DNA from: Carcharhinus longimanus
Taxonomy: Eukaryota
Length of the DNA: 64,000 bases
Assembly: GCA_030264375.1 (NCBI GenBank)
Contig: JASCQW010000043.1
Coordinates: 60,412,789 to 60,476,788 of the forward strand
Reading direction: 5' to 3'
The position numbers and the translations under genes are program-made. Of this stretch, positions 13,240-26,108 are shown piece by piece. The notes under the pieces are model-generated. The model searched no databases. It was not told the origin of the DNA and saw only the letters and a program-made list of their open reading frames with translations. Position 1 is the stretch's first letter; every line of letters starts with the position of its first letter.

Positions 13240-13760
13240 TGGAAAAAGGAGCTGGAATAGACTATACAGCTTCATGAGCCTGCTCTGCCATTCAATACAA
13301 TAATAACTGGTCATTTGCCTCCAGTCCACGATCATGCCCACTACCCATATCCCTTGATATCCTGAGAGATCAATAATCTATCTATCCCTGCCTTTAATAT
13401 CCTCAAAAATTCACCCACAATTTTCTGAGGCAGAGAATTCCTAAGATTCATAATCCTCAGTGAAAAAATTTCTCTTCATCTCTGTCATAAATGATTGACC
13501 CCTTTGACAACATTCTCCCAGCATTCTAGATTCCCCAACCTGGGAAAACAATATTTTATGTATCCACCTGTCAAATCTCATCAGTATCTTTAATGTTTGA
13601 AAGGGACCACTTTTCCATCTTCAAAACTCCAGAGTGCGTAGGGCTGATTTACTGAACCTCTTACCTTGCAACAACTTTTTCATTCAAGGAACCAGTCTAG
13701 CAAATCTTCACTGCACCACTTCCAAGGTGAATATTTCCTTCCTTAGATATGGAGACTTAA
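13240..13760 (-). mobile_element. CR1 LINE 3' fragment
   Basis: 'cctgctctgccattcaat', 'ggcagagaattcc', 'gaaaaaatttctcttcatctctgtc', 'cttcactgcacc' match reverse-strand CR1 3' region. Confidence 0.75.
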
Positions 13761-16619
13761 TCACCAAGCCTTTTAATTTATTTATCATATTAATCTTAGC
13801 CACTTAACTGCTCATGCTTATATAATATGTATTTATATTTAAAGCACTTACTTTGGACTCAAGTATGTCACTCTAAAACTTAATATGGGTCTGATTTTTT
13901 TCTGAGGATGGGGGCTTGGTCTCTGCCATCCAAAGCATTGGCAGAGATGTACTCTGATTGACCTATTGCCATTTTATGTTCAAATGAGTGTTGATTGGCT
14001 GTAGGTGAGACTTCTGTCTTCAGCCAGGAGGCAGTCCCAGCTTGGAGAGTTGCCAGAAGTGGTCCTCTGATGGAGACACCCTCTGCCTTTTTGCCCCAGA
14101 TCTAACTTGGATTCTTTTCAGCCTTCCTTCACAGATCTTCAATCCATCACAAGCATAGAAATTGAGGCTGGACAGGAAAAAGTGTTAAGTGATCACTAAT
14201 AGGCCATTTAAGGGCCTCAGTTGGCATAAGATCAGGTTTCTCATCCGTGGCCTTGTCCGCCCCCAACATAAAATCCTTGGAGAAAATCCAGTCCTTACAA
14301 CTTCACTCTACACCCTTGCCCTCTCAAATCCCACAGCAATGAAGCATAAAATTCAAGTCTTGGGAATTTAATTGTATTATGATCATGGCAGCATTCTGCA
14401 AATTCACTTTCCAGGCTGCCTTTGGCAGTTTGATTTGTATGTTGAATGACTGATGAGTTAACATTTTTGTCATTCCTCTGGCCAACCAGTTTCATCTTTC
14501 AGTATTCTGAGTGAGAATGCACATCTAGTTTTGTTTTTGCTTCAAAGCCAAGGGATTGTGTTGGTGATGGTCAGATGATCTGTTCTAAGGAGCAGTGTTC
14601 CATTGCACATTCTCATACCAACTCAACAAATGATTCTCATCCAGGACTGATGGTCAACTCCTACATGAGAATTTTAAACTCATTATAATGACCTTGTCCC
14701 TTCTAGAAACTCTTAGAATACATATATATGTCATAATAGAATTAATTTTTGGTTTCATCAGAGCCTGATTGACGGCTCTGGTTTCTTCAAAGTGGGTTAA
14801 GTGATTTCACTTCCATTTTGGCAGACCACTTATTTCCTTTGAATAAGCCAAAGCTGTTAATTAGGCTTAGAATCTTTGTAAACATTACAATTAGGGACAC
14901 TGAGGATACTTAAGAATTAATCAAGCAAGAAGTGAAAGGTAAATAATCAGCTGAAAGGTTTTCAATGGAATAGAGTGTGTTCAGAGTCTTCAGCTTTCTA
15001 GGAAGTCTCAGAGACTTCAAACAAAAGATGAGAGAATACATTGTGGCTGAGTGAACAGCTGTGCAAAAGGACCCCCCCCACCCACAGTGAAATTGACATC
15101 TCTCTGTCAGAGGACTTCAAAGGGATCTGATCATACCCACAACTGAGAGAAAGGGGAATCCCTGCTGTAGAACTGAATGCNNNNNNNNNNTCTCCAGGGG
15201 ACATGGAGATAAAGTGACCCAGCCACTTCAAAGTTTTCACAGCGGACAGATAGCAATGAAGGTGTTGAGAACAGAGCTGCCTAAAATCACTATGCCGTTA
15301 CTGATCTTCAGATCTACCAAGGCTAGAAAGGGTAATCCAGCTACAGGACCCTCATCCCAGGGGACAGTGTGGAGATCAACCCTTTTCCCCCAGTCTGAGG
15401 CCACCCACACCCCAGGACTCATGGAGACCCTCCCTCTGCAGCCTGGCAGCAGCAAAGGGGCAAGTGGCCACTGGACCTATCTCCTCGAACCCTCTCAGGG
15501 TCTAGCATGCCAGGTCACCCTGGTCATTACCAGCACCAGAGCCCATTTGGTGCAGTTCCCACTGGAGAGGAGGGTGAATCATGGGAGGCCACTTAATGGG
15601 CCACCCAGCCCACTAATTGTATTACAATTAGCGGATTTGCATAAAAATTAGGCTGCTCCTAGCTCTGGATGGGAACCCAATTGGGTCTGATGGGGAGGGT
15701 AAATCCCAATTGCCTTCATGCCCATTGAGAATCCTGATTTTTAGCCAAAGCCCCATTCAGCAATACATCAGATTTCCTGCTGGCCATCTCATCAGGTCAG
15801 TGAATTCCCCCGCCACCCGCACTGCCACCTTTGTAATTTTTGGGAAAGTTCCAAGATGTTGAATTTTGCACCTCTAAATTCCCCTATTCAGCAGAAAGTG
15901 TATCTCCCACCCCAAAATCTTTCAGCTGAAATTATTGTGCTAAATAGGTTTTGATGAGAGCAACAATATTGAGTTTGTGTGATTTTTATTCCCTTTTGAT
16001 CAGAGCACTTCATCTTTAGGCATAATTATTGACTCATCCTATTTTCCAAGCTATTGTATTTGTATTTTGTCCTCTTATTGTTTTGATCACGTGTTAAATT
16101 TCTATCAGCTATGGTAAAGTAGTGAAGAATTGGTGAAGCAAACATTGCTCAGGGCACCATTTTTTGCCCCTTTCTCATTCTACAAAGGTAAATGATCCTA
16201 AATGCAACTGCTTAGTCACACAAGGTGCTGATATCCAGTGGATGGGGGAAGAGACTCTGCGGGAATTACCTGTGTTCAACTTCACAACTACAACATCCCA
16301 AGAATCCATGTTCACTGCTTCTCCACTAGCCCATCATCCTACGACTTTGAGAAATGGCATGATATTGTGGTAATGAAAATGGCACCAGTGCTTTCTCATG
16401 ACAAAGATTTACAATAAGTCTGCTTCACATTTCAGCTTCTTCTATCTAGAACCAGTGTCAGGACAGATTCAGGATAGCTGCATGTAAAATCCGCTACATG
16501 GATGGCCTATGATGCCTGATGCGCACACACCAATTGTCTGAGCTATGAACATAGCTTTGCCACTGGGCTGTCTCAGTTAGGAAACGAAAGCACATTTGTG
16601 GTCCACAGTGGTAGTCTTT

Positions 16620-16865
16620 GATCTGGAGGAGGGAACCGAGTGTATGGTGTCGAAATTTGCTGATGACACCAAGATTGGTGGAACGGCAAATTNNNNNNNN
16701 NNNNNNNNNNNNNNNNNNNNNNNNNNNNNNNNNNNNNNNNNNNNNNNNNNNNNNNNNNNNNNNNNNNNNNNNNNNNNNNNNNNNNNNNNNNNATGATCTT
16801 ATTGAATGGCGGGGCAGGCTCGAAGGGCTGGATGGCCTACTCCTGCTCCTATTTCTTATGTTCTT
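16620..16865 (+). mobile_element. CR1 fragment across an N gap
   Basis: 'DLEEGTECMVSKFADDTKIGG', then the tail 'atgatcttattgaatggcggggcaggctcgaagggctggatggcctactcctgctcctatttcttatgttctta'. Confidence 0.85.
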
Positions 16866-18954
16866 AAATGCTAGAAATCAAGATGGTTGTCTCCCCTACA
16901 AAATAAATTGCTGGTGGGACAAGATCTCAGGCATCAAGTCCTCGAATAAATACAAAGGGGTAAAGACATTGATACTAACCTTGGCTAAATGCCTGATACT
17001 AGATTACCCAAAAAGGTGAGTTGAAGATTGGTTAAAGATCTGATAGTTGTCCATTCAAAAGATGCAAGGATTATCTAACGTCCATTTTGTTTTTAAAGAA
17101 AGCATCCAATCTGCCACATCGGCGCCTGATACATGACAGGAAAATATCTCAAAAGATGTTTCATGATGCCACAACAAAACTTGAATAAGATATACCCGGC
17201 TAGCCCAAAGAAAATCAGGACAATCTTGGGGCAATCTGTCATATGATGCCCTATGTGTGTTAAATCATTCCTAGCAAAAACAAAATTTTACAGTCAATGG
17301 GATTCCATAAATGACTAAATTGGATGTGAAACATAAGCTGTCCTTGTCAACAGTGAAGAACAAATCATTGTCATTAAGTGACTGCTATTGCCATCACTGC
17401 TGAACCTGGGCTGAATGTGAAACAAGATGTTTACAAAGTTCTCTATTTTGATCACTCATCATATTTTATGTGATACATTTGAAGGTGAATTAGATGCATC
17501 CAAATAAGGTCACTAAGCAGTATCACTAGTTGAAAACATTTTTATTCAAGTTAAGGTCTCACAATCAGATATAGGCAAATAACTCTGGATTATAAATCTG
17601 CAATAAACATTACATATCTACCATCTACAAATTATTACAGTAACTATAAGCTTCAAGTACAGATACAATGATTTCTAGAAATAAAAATTACCTGCAGCTA
17701 AAAATTATGAAATTCAGTATGAAGCAGATACATATGGTGAAAAGCACCAAAACAGGCTTGTAAACTTAGTGGCATTTCATTTTTTTACTTATCACTGAGC
17801 ATATTTCCAGCAATAGCATTTTCTTTGCATTTTGTATGAAACTAAGTTTTTTTTAAACGAAGTTATAAATTGAAATAGCATCCTTTGTACTAAGATGCAT
17901 ACTAATTATAGAAAATCTTTGAGAATAAAACCCATTACAATGGAAGTTGTTATTTTATTAAGTTGTAGCCCACAGCCTTTACCTTTAATTTTTGACTATC
18001 CTAAAATTATTGCATTTGTGCTAGGACTTCTTATGATTAAATATTTCCCCAAGGGCCAGTAAATATCACTCCCATTGAAGCAATATTATCTTGCATAATG
18101 ATGTTGCACTTCAGCTATAAGCAAGGATCACCAAATAAGTAACTGCGGATTTTTATCAACTATCACCATGCTAATGGAAGAAAATTATTTTTTTTCTATT
18201 TTGATTTTTTTTAAGCACTGGCCAAAAACTTTGACACAATTGTACCTGGAAAAATACATTTAGACCACATGATTAATGGACAGCATGAAATCCATCATTT
18301 CTTTATATTTCAGAGTGGTTTTCAGTATTTAGCAGGTAATTGTGATACATCTACTTGTCAAACCTTGCATTGCTGCCCTAGTGAAAAGGTAATGATGATT
18401 GTGTGACTGAAGTAGATTATTTAAGTCAATTGTGTCAAGGAAATAATGCTTAGTGTACTGTTAATATTAATTATGCCATTCCGACTAACCGTGTTAAATT
18501 GTCTAGATGTACATTCTTCGCTGGCTACTCAAATTTATGTGACCAGATTAAAAGCTTCTATGTGATTTTAAAAGTTAAGTTTTTCAAAATACTGAACCTC
18601 CTGAAATGGCACACAGACATCATGGTGAATTTTAACTGCCTGCCTATGAGTCTCTGTGGGAAACCTTAGCTGATTTTAATGGCTGGACCTCATTCACATC
18701 CTTCTTGTTAGCTGCCCAAATGAAATGGGCAGAGAGAGGCAGCTGACAAACTTAAGGTAGATCAATCTAGACTGACTCAGGGATGCCTACCGTCACCAAG
18801 GTATGTCGCAGAAGGGGAAGCTGAGACCACCTTAAAATCAGATTTAGGCCTCCTAGAAAAAGCTATGGTGATGGGAGTCGAGTGGGAATGGGGGATGTCT
18901 GCACAGCCATTTTAATGTGGAGGAGAGATGTAATTCTCTAATGTTTTCTTGAAT

Positions 18955-19520
18955 ACAAAATTCTTGGCTTTATAATTAGAGGCTTGATATAGGAAAGCAA
19001 GGCAGTTATGCTAAAGGTTTGCAAGTTGCTAGCTAGGCCTAGCTGGATAATTATGTCTTATTGGGAGCACCGCACTTTAAGAATGATGCCGAATCCATGG
19101 AGAGGGTGATGCCGAAACCATGGCATCAGATAGTTTTGTGGAAAGACTGGAGAAGGATTGGTCTCCTTGGAGCAAAGAGGAGGTTGAAAGGACATTCAAT
19201 TGAGGTGTTCAAAATGGTGATGAGGTTTGATAGATTAAAAGAGAAACTGTTTCCACTGACAAGAGAGTCAGTAAGCAAATGGCAAAAGTTAAAATAATTG
19301 GCGGAAGAATCAAAGAGGCAAGAATGCTTTATATGTGACAGGTTATGACCTAGAATGTACTGCATGAAACAGTAATGGAACTACATTCAATGATAATTAG
19401 GGAAATTGGATATATATTTGAAAATGAAAACTTGCAGTTTGTGGAGCAAAAGCAGTGGAATGGGATTAATTTGATATCTCTTTCAAAGAACCAAAATGAG
19501 CATGATAGATTAATATTATT
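18955..19520 (+). mobile_element. CR1 LINE 3' fragment, old
   Basis: 'APHFKND..MERV', 'KRRLKGHSIEVFKM', 'EKLFPL' are CR1 ORF2 C-terminal motifs. Confidence 0.75.
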
Positions 19521-21587
19521 ATGTGATCCATAATACTAATGAACCTTTAACTGACTGTTTTCCTTTTTGTCTTGAACCCTAAAGCTGGTAATACAATTCA
19601 TTTTATAGCTAGGCTATAGCAGTGCAGGTTGTCGGTTCATGTCATGATGATGTGCAATAAATACAGTAAATGAAACAAACATCATCACCTACCAATTATT
19701 TAAATTGTAGCAAATGCATCAAGGTGGATCACTATTGTTAAATAGTGTTTCAGTCATTTAAATGCAACTTAGCAACTGTACAGCATTTACACAGTACTTG
19801 AAAGGGTGGATCACTGAGTAATTTAGGTGGCACATTCAAATGAAAGTTTATTAAACTAGAAAATGAATCATTTTTATGAGTCACTTATATTGACAGTACA
19901 AAGCAACTTCGTATATTTGCTGCATACTGCATTTTGCTACGACTTCAGAATAGGCCTCCAAAAAATACATTGCCTCACTAAAATCAGTGTGCACTGCAAA
20001 TACTATACATAAACCAGAGAATTTATGCATCCTGCTTCTGCAAAACATATTGAATAGTGAGGGTTTGCTGATGCTCATAAATATCACCACGCTACATGGG
20101 GTTAGCTGTCTATAGGCTGAATTGTTTGAAGGCAACGTGGGTCTTGGCTGCCAGCTGGACAGCCAGCCAGTGTTCTGTGTCACCTCTTTACAGGAAAGCT
20201 TGCTGCATCTTGTTCTACTTGAGCCAGCAGTGGGCCTTCTCCAAAATCGAGGACCCCAAGGGTGAGTGGTGGGGGGGAGGGGAATGTAGTGGTGGCAGGC
20301 CAATTAGAGGCCAGCTGCTCTATTGAATGGCAGCACTCCCAGGGAGGTTGCCAGTGTGACACCCACCCAAAGATTGTCACTGGATTCCAGGCCAGATATG
20401 TGATGTTGGAGGCAGGGGAGGGGATACATTTCAAGAGAGAAGAGTTAGCTGCAAGGACAGGGATCGTTCAACAGGCTCCCCCTTCNNNNNNNNNNNNNNN
20501 NNNNNNNNNNNNNNNNNNNNNNNNNNNNNNNNNNNNNNNNNNNNNNNNNNNNNNNNNNNNNNNNNNNNNNNNNNNNNNNNNNNNNNNNNNNNNNNNNNNN
20601 NNNNNNNNNNNNNNNNNNNNNNNNNNNNNNNNNNNNNNNNNNNNNNNNNNNNNNNNNNNNNNNNNNNNNNNNNNNNNNNNNNNNNNNNNNNNNNNNNNNN
20701 NNNNNNNNNNNNNNNNNNNNNNNNNNNNNNNNNNNNNNNNNNNNNNNNNNNNNNNNNNNNNNNNNNNNNNNNNNNNNNNNNNNNNNNNNNNNNNNNNNNN
20801 NNNNNNNNNNNNNNNNNNNNNNNNNNNNNNNNNNNNNNNNNNNNNNNNNNNNNNNNNNNNNNNNNNNNNNNNNNNNNNNNNNNNNNNNNNNNNNNNNNNN
20901 NNNNNNNNNNNNNNNNNNNNNNNNNNNNNNNNNNNNNNNNNNNNNNNNNNNNNNNNNNNNNNNNNNNNNNNNNNNNNNNNNNNNNNNNNNNNNNNNNNNN
21001 NNNNNNNNNNNNNNNNNNNNNNNAAGCCATTTTTGTTTTGATCTGTCCTTTGTCCCTTATGTTAGGCCTGTTCTTTAGTGATTGAAATTATTTTTAAATC
21101 TACTTTTACTTTTTGCTGAAATTAATTTGTTTGTATGTAAGTGTTCAGCTTTTTATGTTCACTAATAACTTCCTTTTGCAAACGTTATAATGAATAAAGT
21201 TAAATAAAAGTTCAATCTATTTGCAGATAAGTCATGATTTTTCAGTGCGTAGAAATTAGATAAATGTAAAAATGAAAATTTACACCGACTTGATGGTTAC
21301 ATTTCATTTTCATTATTAATTTTTACACACTGCTTTAAATTATGTTATTTTTGGAGCAATATTCTTCTACAGTAAAATATTTTAGAGATGCTGTAGTTAT
21401 AGAAATTAACCATCCTTTGGACATCATTTTTAGAAATCAGAAGCCTTGAATCATAAGTTATTTTAGTCCTAAATTCTTACATTCATATTTACAGAGTTTC
21501 ATATGATAATGATTAGATTTTAGCTTCTGAATTTGTAATTCTGCTCAGCTATTACTGTAGAACAAAAAAGATGAAATGCCTTTAACA

Positions 21588-21593
21588 TTTATT
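21588..21593 (-). terminator. Candidate LOX polyadenylation signal (proximal)
   Basis: AATAAA on the minus strand about 1 kb after the stop. More distal candidates at 19847-19852 and 17541-17546. Confidence 0.4.
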
Positions 21594-22581
21594 CCACAGG
21601 AATAAATTTTAACCACTCATTGGGGAGCTTCAGATAAAGAGGTCAGGCTCAAATTTACAAAAAAGGCACACATGCCCTTAACCAACTGAATGTAGTGACA
21701 TTCAATAATGTATTATTTGGGATCAAATAGTACATAACACATATACATTAATGGGATCCTTGCTGATGAATTTGAATGCATCGCAACAGCAAATTCATAT
21801 TTCTACACTTCTTTGGTGCATAACTACACAACAAACAGAAACAATTTTAATGTTTCAACTGTAATTATAACTTTCATAGTCAAATGTGCATGGTAGCAGG
21901 CAATCATTCTGCAATGAACAAAGGATTCATTGTTTGGAATGAAAGCAGTGGAATGTAACTGGATCACTGTTAAATGTAAACACAGCATTGGTCATAACCA
22001 CATGTCTTCTTCTAACTCATCCACTTTTTTTATGATACAAGCTTTGCCCTATGATGTTCTGTTATTCATCTGGTGGTTGCTGTGACTTCCATGGTGGAAA
22101 ATGGCTTTTTTAGAGTGGATGATTTAGAATAGTCATGTGCCTATTAAATATAAAATATAAATTGTCTATTACAAGTTACATATAGTCTAATCACACCAAA
22201 CTTTTCTTAGCTCATTCAGTAATGAAATACCATTTGGCACTAATCCCACTGCAATCCTTGGTCCTGGGAGAATGCATCTATGCAAAATGGATGTTAACTG
22301 GAGACAGTGCCTTCACAATGGCAATGTGTAGTGAATGAGTTAAAGTATCAAAATTGATTCCATTGCAACAGTAAAGATTGGTTCCAGAGGTCCCAGTCAC
22401 AGTGTTACGGGTTTTAAAACATTTGTTCTCATAGATTTCAGCATCTCCTGCAAATAATACCTGTTTGGGGTTGTTTAAATTGAAATGGTGCCAAATAAGG
22501 AGACTGAAGCTTGACTTGTTTTGTATCTTGTAAATGTTACTGATTCAATCCATTCTTAAACACATCTTGTTCTCTGTGAAT

Positions 22582-22588
22582 TTAGTAT
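22582..22588 (-). CDS. LOX: LOX exon 7, coding part (7 nt, ..Q-Y-stop)
   Basis: Strong acceptor tttttttcttttcag|A TAC TAA. Completes the phase-2 codon CA|A and gives C-terminus ISQY* (human ISPY*). Confidence 0.85.
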
Positions 22589-23006
22589 CTGAAAAGAAAA
22601 AAATGAGTTCAGGTGAATTTTGCACACTATTTACCAAACAAACCTTTATCAAAGGTGTGAAGCACCTAGGAACAATTATTTATTCAAAGAGTAATACGTA
22701 TTGGAAATAAATCTGACAAACAGGCAAAGGAAAGTAATATTTTTTAATGTTTTGGGATATTAAGATGCAAAAATTTGAGTATTAAAGGGATTAGCTTCAA
22801 TAGTTTAAATGCCCTTTTGTCAAGCTTGATTTTTTTTTATGTTTGTGGAATTTAAAGATCTCAAGGAATAGATGCCACTGTCAGGCCAGTAACTATCTAA
22901 TCTCAAAGTATTTTATCAAAAAATATTAAATTTCTACGGTACCATTTGGATTATTTTCAGACTTCGAAATGTAGAGAATAGTCATTTGGTAGAAAAGAAC
23001 TTCAGT

Positions 23007-23468
23007 ATTGCTGAAAAAAGAGATCTTGTACTCTTCAGAACAGATACACAAGAACTCCAGTTGTAAAGGAAACAACACTTTATACTGACTGAGAAGACGG
23101 TGCTGATTGGCTGACAAGTGGTGGTTGATTGGCAGAAGTGTTGCCAAGGGGAATGCAAAAAGAAGCGTGTTCAATGTTGCACCTTTTTCAACTAAACAAA
23201 AGCAACCATTCACTGGTTCATTCCCCATGGCATTGCTTTGATCAATAAGAATCAATCTGTCTGGTTTGAATTTAAATAAAAGCTTGGTAGTGAAGTGTTT
23301 TCTGGTACATTCTTCATGTAAATGCCTCTAACAATTCGAGCCCACTTGCAAACCAATCAGAACTCTCTTCTCATACAGTATAATTTTTTATAATTGGTAC
23401 CCTTGTGTATCTAACCTGATGAGTGCAAGAACAAAAGCTTCACTAGCATGCATCTCTTTTCCAGCAAT
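23007..23468. mobile_element. Penelope-like fold-back insertion (family A) in LOX intron 6
   Basis: Imperfect ~150-bp inverted arms. Right arm has CTGATGA-gtgcaagaac-AAA-agct-tc, a decayed hammerhead core. Confidence 0.65.
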
Positions 23469-24123
23469 TTTTAAATACGGTGAAATTTGGCAAAAACACT
23501 ACTGATTTAGTTCAGGACTTTGCTGTAAAGAAATACGTACTTTAATTATTTACAGGAAAGTGATAGATGATCATGATTGGCGCTTAGTCAGAAACAAAAC
23601 TGCTGAAATACCTTCACAAACAAATGGAGTTGCACCTCTACAGAAGTACATGGTTACAGAAGACATTCTTCAGAGTTAACACTGACAACATGGATCAAGC
23701 CATGACTTTGAAAGTGGTGGATAATTTGTGAGTTCAAAGCAATTTTCATAACTTTAAAAATGCATGCAAGGCAAAAAAGCTTTTACTTAAGGATAGAATG
23801 AACATGGCAAATGTTAAGAAAGGCCTGTCAACTGGAGGAGGGATAGAGTTCATATTCAATAGCGGTAAACTGGGAGATGCAAATCTTGAGATTAATTTAA
23901 GAAATTTCTTTAGGACCAGAGAATGGAGGATTCAACAGATAAATTCAAATTTGATATTGGTCAGCCATTTCTAGATATCTTCTGAATTTTGTTTTAAGCC
24001 ATTAGAACCGGAGCTGAGATATTTTTCTTAAAAAGTCAAAAGGACAATTTGTTCTTTAGAAAAGCTAGCATCAAAAGGAAAGAAGGAATTGCACACCATT
24101 TCAGAGACTTATATTATAGTACT

Positions 24124-25551
24124 TCAAAAATGTCTGAAATTGCCATTGCATGTTCACTATAGTAAATCACAGAAGTATTCAAATGAAAACACAAAATTGG
24201 TTTTCAGTTACATACGTTTCTATGTGTGGTCTTTAACGATGAGATATTAGAATATATGTTTTGCTCAAAACATACAGCACATTCCCTTAAACCAGCCTCA
24301 AAAAACATCTGCCATTAGTTTGGCTGATTTCTGATTATTGTGCCATTTCATAGGAAAGGATCATAGGAATGATTGCAGAAGGGAAAAGAAAACAACAATA
24401 GTTCACAGCAACAGGCTTGAAGATTCCAAGAATCAATAAACTTGGCTCAGTATGCTTCATGTCATCAATTGTGATGAGTAAAGTTTAGAAAAGACAGTAG
24501 AACCATGAACATAAGTGAATAAAAATTAAATGGAAGAATAAGAAATGCCATGCCAGTGAGATTAACACCCACTACTTTGCTGGACATGAGTGAACATAGC
24601 AGTTGGGCCAGGGAAAATTAGCAAAGAACTCTGCAAAGAGCGTTCTTGTTGCCTAATTTGGAGTAGCATAGAAGATGTATCTTCTTTATGGTGTGATTTG
24701 TTGCAGAATAATTCTACAAAAAGTAGATATGAAATGGGAGGTAAAACCTAGAGTTGCAAATCAACAATGTAAGATTTGTATATGAAAGCAGGGTATAACA
24801 TAAGATAATCTGAGACTGTTAATTGTTGTAACTCTGGAGTTAATAGGACCATGATTTTCTAATGAATGTTGTAGTATATAGTTAGAAAAATAAATTTTCT
24901 GCGCTCAGCTGTCCTGTACCCCTTTTTCTGCTGACTGTACATAGCCATTACCTTCAACCATAATCTTTGGAATTGACAAAATGCTTATTCCTTCCACCCA
25001 CCCCCACTGCCCAGGTTCTTTCAGTTAAGTTCATCATTGCAGGATTTTAAAAAATCCATGCTGATTAAAATGCAAAACCAAGAGAAAAATGATTGTTACA
25101 ACAGCCAGGTCGACTAAGTCTGCACTGCAGTTATTTCTATAGTTCGGGCTTTCAATCCAATTGCTCTGTTAATTAATCAAGATTCAGAAATATCTGATTA
25201 ATGTCATTATAGGGAATTATTCCCAATCCTGGAAATTTGATTGTTATATCTTGCTATATAATAAGATATAGTATTAGTTCTGTCCACAGCAATTTAATGC
25301 CAGAGAATGAAATGGCACAATAATCAGCAATCAGCCAAACTAATGGCAGATGTTTTTTTGAAGCTGGTTTAAGGGGATGTGCTGTATGTTTTGAGCAAAA
25401 TATATATTCTAATATCTCATCTTTAAAGACTACACATAGAAATGTATGTAACTGATGTTACAGACACATGGGTCCAATTTTGTGTTTTCATTTGAATACT
25501 TCTGTGATTTACTATAGTGAACATACAATGGCAATTTCAGAACGTTTTTGA
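24124..25551. repeat. Inverted repeat pair in LOX intron 6, arms 24124-24351 and 25307-25551
   Basis: Arms align as reverse complements over ~230 bp, with one indel block. Confidence 0.95.
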
Positions 25552-25815
25552 TTTACTAGTATCATCATCTCTGAATTTTCCTTCTCATAAAGAAATTGAT
25601 TTAAAAACAATATCTATTTGATTTCAACATTTCACTAGTCTAAATAAAACAGATCAAGCATTAGTGCATTCCTTATTCATTTAGTATCTTTCTGCTAAAA
25701 TCGCAATATATAACAGCATATTTTATACCAACTTGGATGTTTTATGTATGTAAGAAGACTTGTTTTGTCCTCAAAATTGATAAATTATCTATTACTTAAT
25801 TTCATGAGCACTTAC

Positions 25816-25931
25816 TGTGAAATCCTACAGCCTGAGGTATAAGCATGGTGGCCTGTATAGCGAAGGTCACAACGAACAACGTTATTACTGTAGTCAGATT
25901 CTGGTACCAAATAGCCTGGATTTACTGCAAC
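25816..25931 (-). CDS. LOX: LOX exon 6 (116 nt)
   Basis: cag|GTT...TCA CA|gtaagt; [38 protein letters not shown]. Confidence 0.97.
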
Positions 25932-26012
25932 CTGTAGAATAAGGAAATTTACGTTAGTAACAATCCCTGTGGTGTCATTCTTATTCCGTGATAACTGTTT
26001 AACTTCACTTAC

Positions 26013-26108
26013 TTTCAGTATGTAGTTTCCTGCCTTAACATCTGTAATATCGATCCATTGGCAGTCAATATCAGCATTGTAGGTATCATAACATCCTGGA
26101 CTCAATCC
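26013..26108 (-). CDS. LOX: LOX exon 5 (96 nt), contains the LTQ tyrosine
   Basis: cag|GGA...CTG AAA|gtaagt; [32 protein letters not shown]. Confidence 0.97.

Noticed and set aside
15214-15651. 145-aa ORF
   Set aside because: Non-ATG start, no known motif, and set in GC-rich repeat-like DNA.
20262-21041. Long ORFs here and at 48523-49206, 1242-1617 and 16596-17019
   Set aside because: Their length comes from N gaps.
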